From positions 31,879,858-31,943,857 of the forward strand of contig NC_068983.1 in the NCBI RefSeq assembly GCF_001194135.2: 64,000 nucleotides of DNA. The letters are read 5' to 3'. A model generated the notes under the pieces. The model saw nothing but the letters and a program-made list of their open reading frames with translations. It had not been told where the DNA came from and did no database searches. A program made the translations under genes and the position numbers. Shown piece after piece: positions 61,171 through 64,000 of this stretch. Each line of letters starts with the position of its first letter. The stretch's first letter is position 1. Source of the DNA: Octopus bimaculoides (taxonomy: Eukaryota).

Positions 61171-64000
61171 TGATGTATAATTCTTATATAGAGGATGGCA
61201 AAACTTGAAAAGAGTTTTGATTAAATGATGGACTGAGTTGTACAGGAAGGAGGACTGGCAGTGTGAGTGTATAATACTGAAGGTAAGAATTTATCAGTTT
61301 TGTTAAATTTGTTTTACACTGCTGGTATTTCAGGTGTTTGCTAGTTTTTGATATATTTGTCAACGTTTGACATGTACCTCTTTACAAACAGAACAACTGT
61401 ACTGATCTATCAACCCATCATTTTATTTTTCCTAAAAAAGAGATAACCAATCTCTTCAAAAAATGTATGTGTGTGTGTTTACATACACACACACACACAT
61501 ATTTCTTTCTACATTAAGAATTTCCCTCCCCACCCCATAATTTTAAATATTAAAACCCTCTTTTTGTATCATATAAATATGGTTCCATCTTCTGTTTCCA
61601 AAGGGTTAATGACATTTATCCCATCACAAAATGCAAATATATGATTTTATAAATCAAGATTCAATTTCTACAGTCCTTAAAAAATTGATAAAAGAGCAAC
61701 TTCCACTCTTTATATGCAAAATCAATCAATGATTTAATCACTTTTTTGAAAATTTAATCATCTTTGTTTTCAGTGCAAAACCAAAATAAAAAATTTTTAA
61801 CTGTTGATTAAAACGAATTTATTTGTTACTTTGCTGCAATGAGCTCCATAATAATTGGATTATATTGGTGCTATAAGCCATAAGATGGATTCGTCTTGTA
61901 ACTCAAATGATTGTACTATAATATGTTCTGTATTTCAAATTAAAGAATTAATCATATTTATATTAGTTAAATTGACACAATGATTTCTTGCATTAGTACA
62001 AGGCCACACATTTTTAGCAGTAGGGCAGGATCAATTAAATCAGGCAATAGAATAGTTCCAGTACATAACTAATATGTTGATAACTCTGAAAGATGGAAGT
62101 CAAAAGTTGATTTTTGTAAGGTTTTCAATTCTTGATGTAAAGAGATGAAAGTGAACTCTGAAATTCATTTAGTTCTGCACTCTATACTGAACCAATTTCC
62201 ATTCGATAATTGTAATAAAATTATAGAGATCCAGAGAAAAAAAATTTATATGTAGATTAATTCCAGCATTCCATATATATACATGCTTCCAGCATTTACT
62301 TTAACAATTAAAGGTGTTAAAAAGTAGAACTCAAACACTTTTCAAACAACTACCTCGATTTTTCATTGGACTGTCTAAGCAGAGATAACAGGGTCTACTT
62401 AGCAATGACAACAACAACAACAAAAGTTGAAACAAAATTTGAGAGTTAAGTAATTCTTATATTTCATCCACTTTATTTCCAACCACTAAGCAAATTTTGA
62501 TTTTGAAATCTTACATTCTTTGGCACCCATAAAATATGTGAAATTTAAAAAAAAAAAAATGAAGGGAAGACATTGAATGATAATTTATGTTAGTAAGAAT
62601 TTATTTGCAATGACTCTAGTTACCTTCCAACAACATGCAGAATTTATACAACTGAATTCTCTGAGAAATGGGTTATAAAATTTGTTATATATTACAAGAC
62701 ATATGTCAAGTTGGATAGCTTTCTTTTCTTTTCCTTCTCTGTTTAAGTGTTTCTCTTTTCTTTTAGAAAATATTAATTATATTGCAGTATTGCCAGAATA
62801 CATATCGATCTGCTGTAGCTCTGGAAGAAAAACAAATGGCAACAGTTTTCATTATATATATAATGATATAAGTCATAAACAGAAATGGAACCTGACAAAA
62901 GATCTAACAAAGCAGCCATGAACAGCTCAACAAGATCACAAATACATATTGCTTGGAATAACATGAAAGGACAAAACAATGAAACAGAACTAAGAAAAAT
63001 AAAAAAATAAATAAATGACTGTCATATTTATAAAATCATTGAAGTGGACACATACAAGGGATGAGAAAGCTGACAGACTAGATTCAGAAAATCCACAAAA
63101 GAAAGAGAATGATAAAGAATGAGATTAAAGATAAATTGGTTAGATTTGGAAATAAATTATAGATCAGAAACTGAAAACCAAAAGTTATGAAGAAATACAA
63201 GGTAAGCCATTACCAGTAGAGGTTAAAGTAATAGCTGATTTGATTGAGAAAGGACTCTTTAGTACTGGAAGATAATCTCTCAAGAATAAAATGAACCCAA
63301 CTTTAAGGTGATTGGTGATTAGGAGCATCCATGACATACAATGAGAAGATTAGTTGTACTAAAGGACTGTAAAAACCCATCCAATACTTGTGAGCATAGA
63401 AAAATAGATCGGTGTTTTATATTTATGAGACATATGCTACATACTACTAGACGCAGTAGCCAAATTTCCTCCAAATAAGAAAAACACATTGGAGCTAAAC
63501 ACACACACTATCCAACACACACATTAAAATATAAAGGTATCATTTGCTTTTATGTCCACTTTTCCATACTGGCATGACTGGGGAAAACACATTGAAGCAA
63601 CATGAGTAGATAACCTTCCAGTTGCCAATCCTTAGCTGTTTTTCAAGTAAGGGTTTATTTTCATTCCAAACTCCTTTGAAAGTGTAGAACTACAAGATGC
63701 TTTGATTATAGGAAATATAAATTTGACATCATTGTTTTGCTCAAACATTCACATGCACACAACAATTTCTGTCAACAAATTTCATTTACAAGGCATTGGC
63801 TAACCTGATATTGCTCAATGTGTCACACAGTGAGATAATATATCATTTTAAGAGTAAATCTTGATGTGGATACAGCTATAAATAAAGTCGTATCTACGAT
63901 CAAATTCACTGTTAAAATTATTTATATCATATTTTTTCAAAGTTTTATTTTTACACACACACACATCCTTAACCCTTTAGCATTCAAATTATTCTGTCAA

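Noticed and set aside
63040-63090. DEKADRL, RNase H-like motif
   Set aside because: Seven residues only, surrounded by stops; insufficient to call an element.

Overview
AT-rich, CpG-depleted, repeat-dense animal genomic DNA with six N-gaps; the repeat repertoire points to an octopod cephalopod (inference). Host genes: (1) the last four coding exons of ASH2L (COMPASS/MLL H3K4-methyltransferase subunit; SPRY C-terminus and DPY30-binding tail) on + at 35343-40827, with no earlier ASH2L exon found in the first 35 kb; (2) an intronless orphan 224-aa type I membrane protein on - at 9298-9972, apparently nested in an ASH2L intron; (3) a CpG-rich, possibly bidirectional promoter near 53.2-54.0 kb. 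The rest is mobile DNA: RTE and CR1/L2-like LINE remnants, several tRNA-derived SINE families, DD37D and DD41D Tc1/mariner, pogo, hAT, piggyBac-like and unclassified MITEs, a Helitron-like remnant and a probable Penelope-like remnant. The main discovery is a set of unannotated type I hammerhead-ribozyme motifs with palindromic helix III, from at least three and probably four different repeat families. Two have a complete catalytic core and all three helices (51330-51415 +, 12973-13070 -). One minimal copy keeps its core with wobble pairs (48757-48792 -). Four are decayed (50115-50150, 52112-52154, 51807-51849, 11284-11326). They are arranged as head-to-head pairs and direct repeats, as expected for Penelope-type/retrozyme elements. 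Folding and translations were done by eye; no activity, database or expression data were available.
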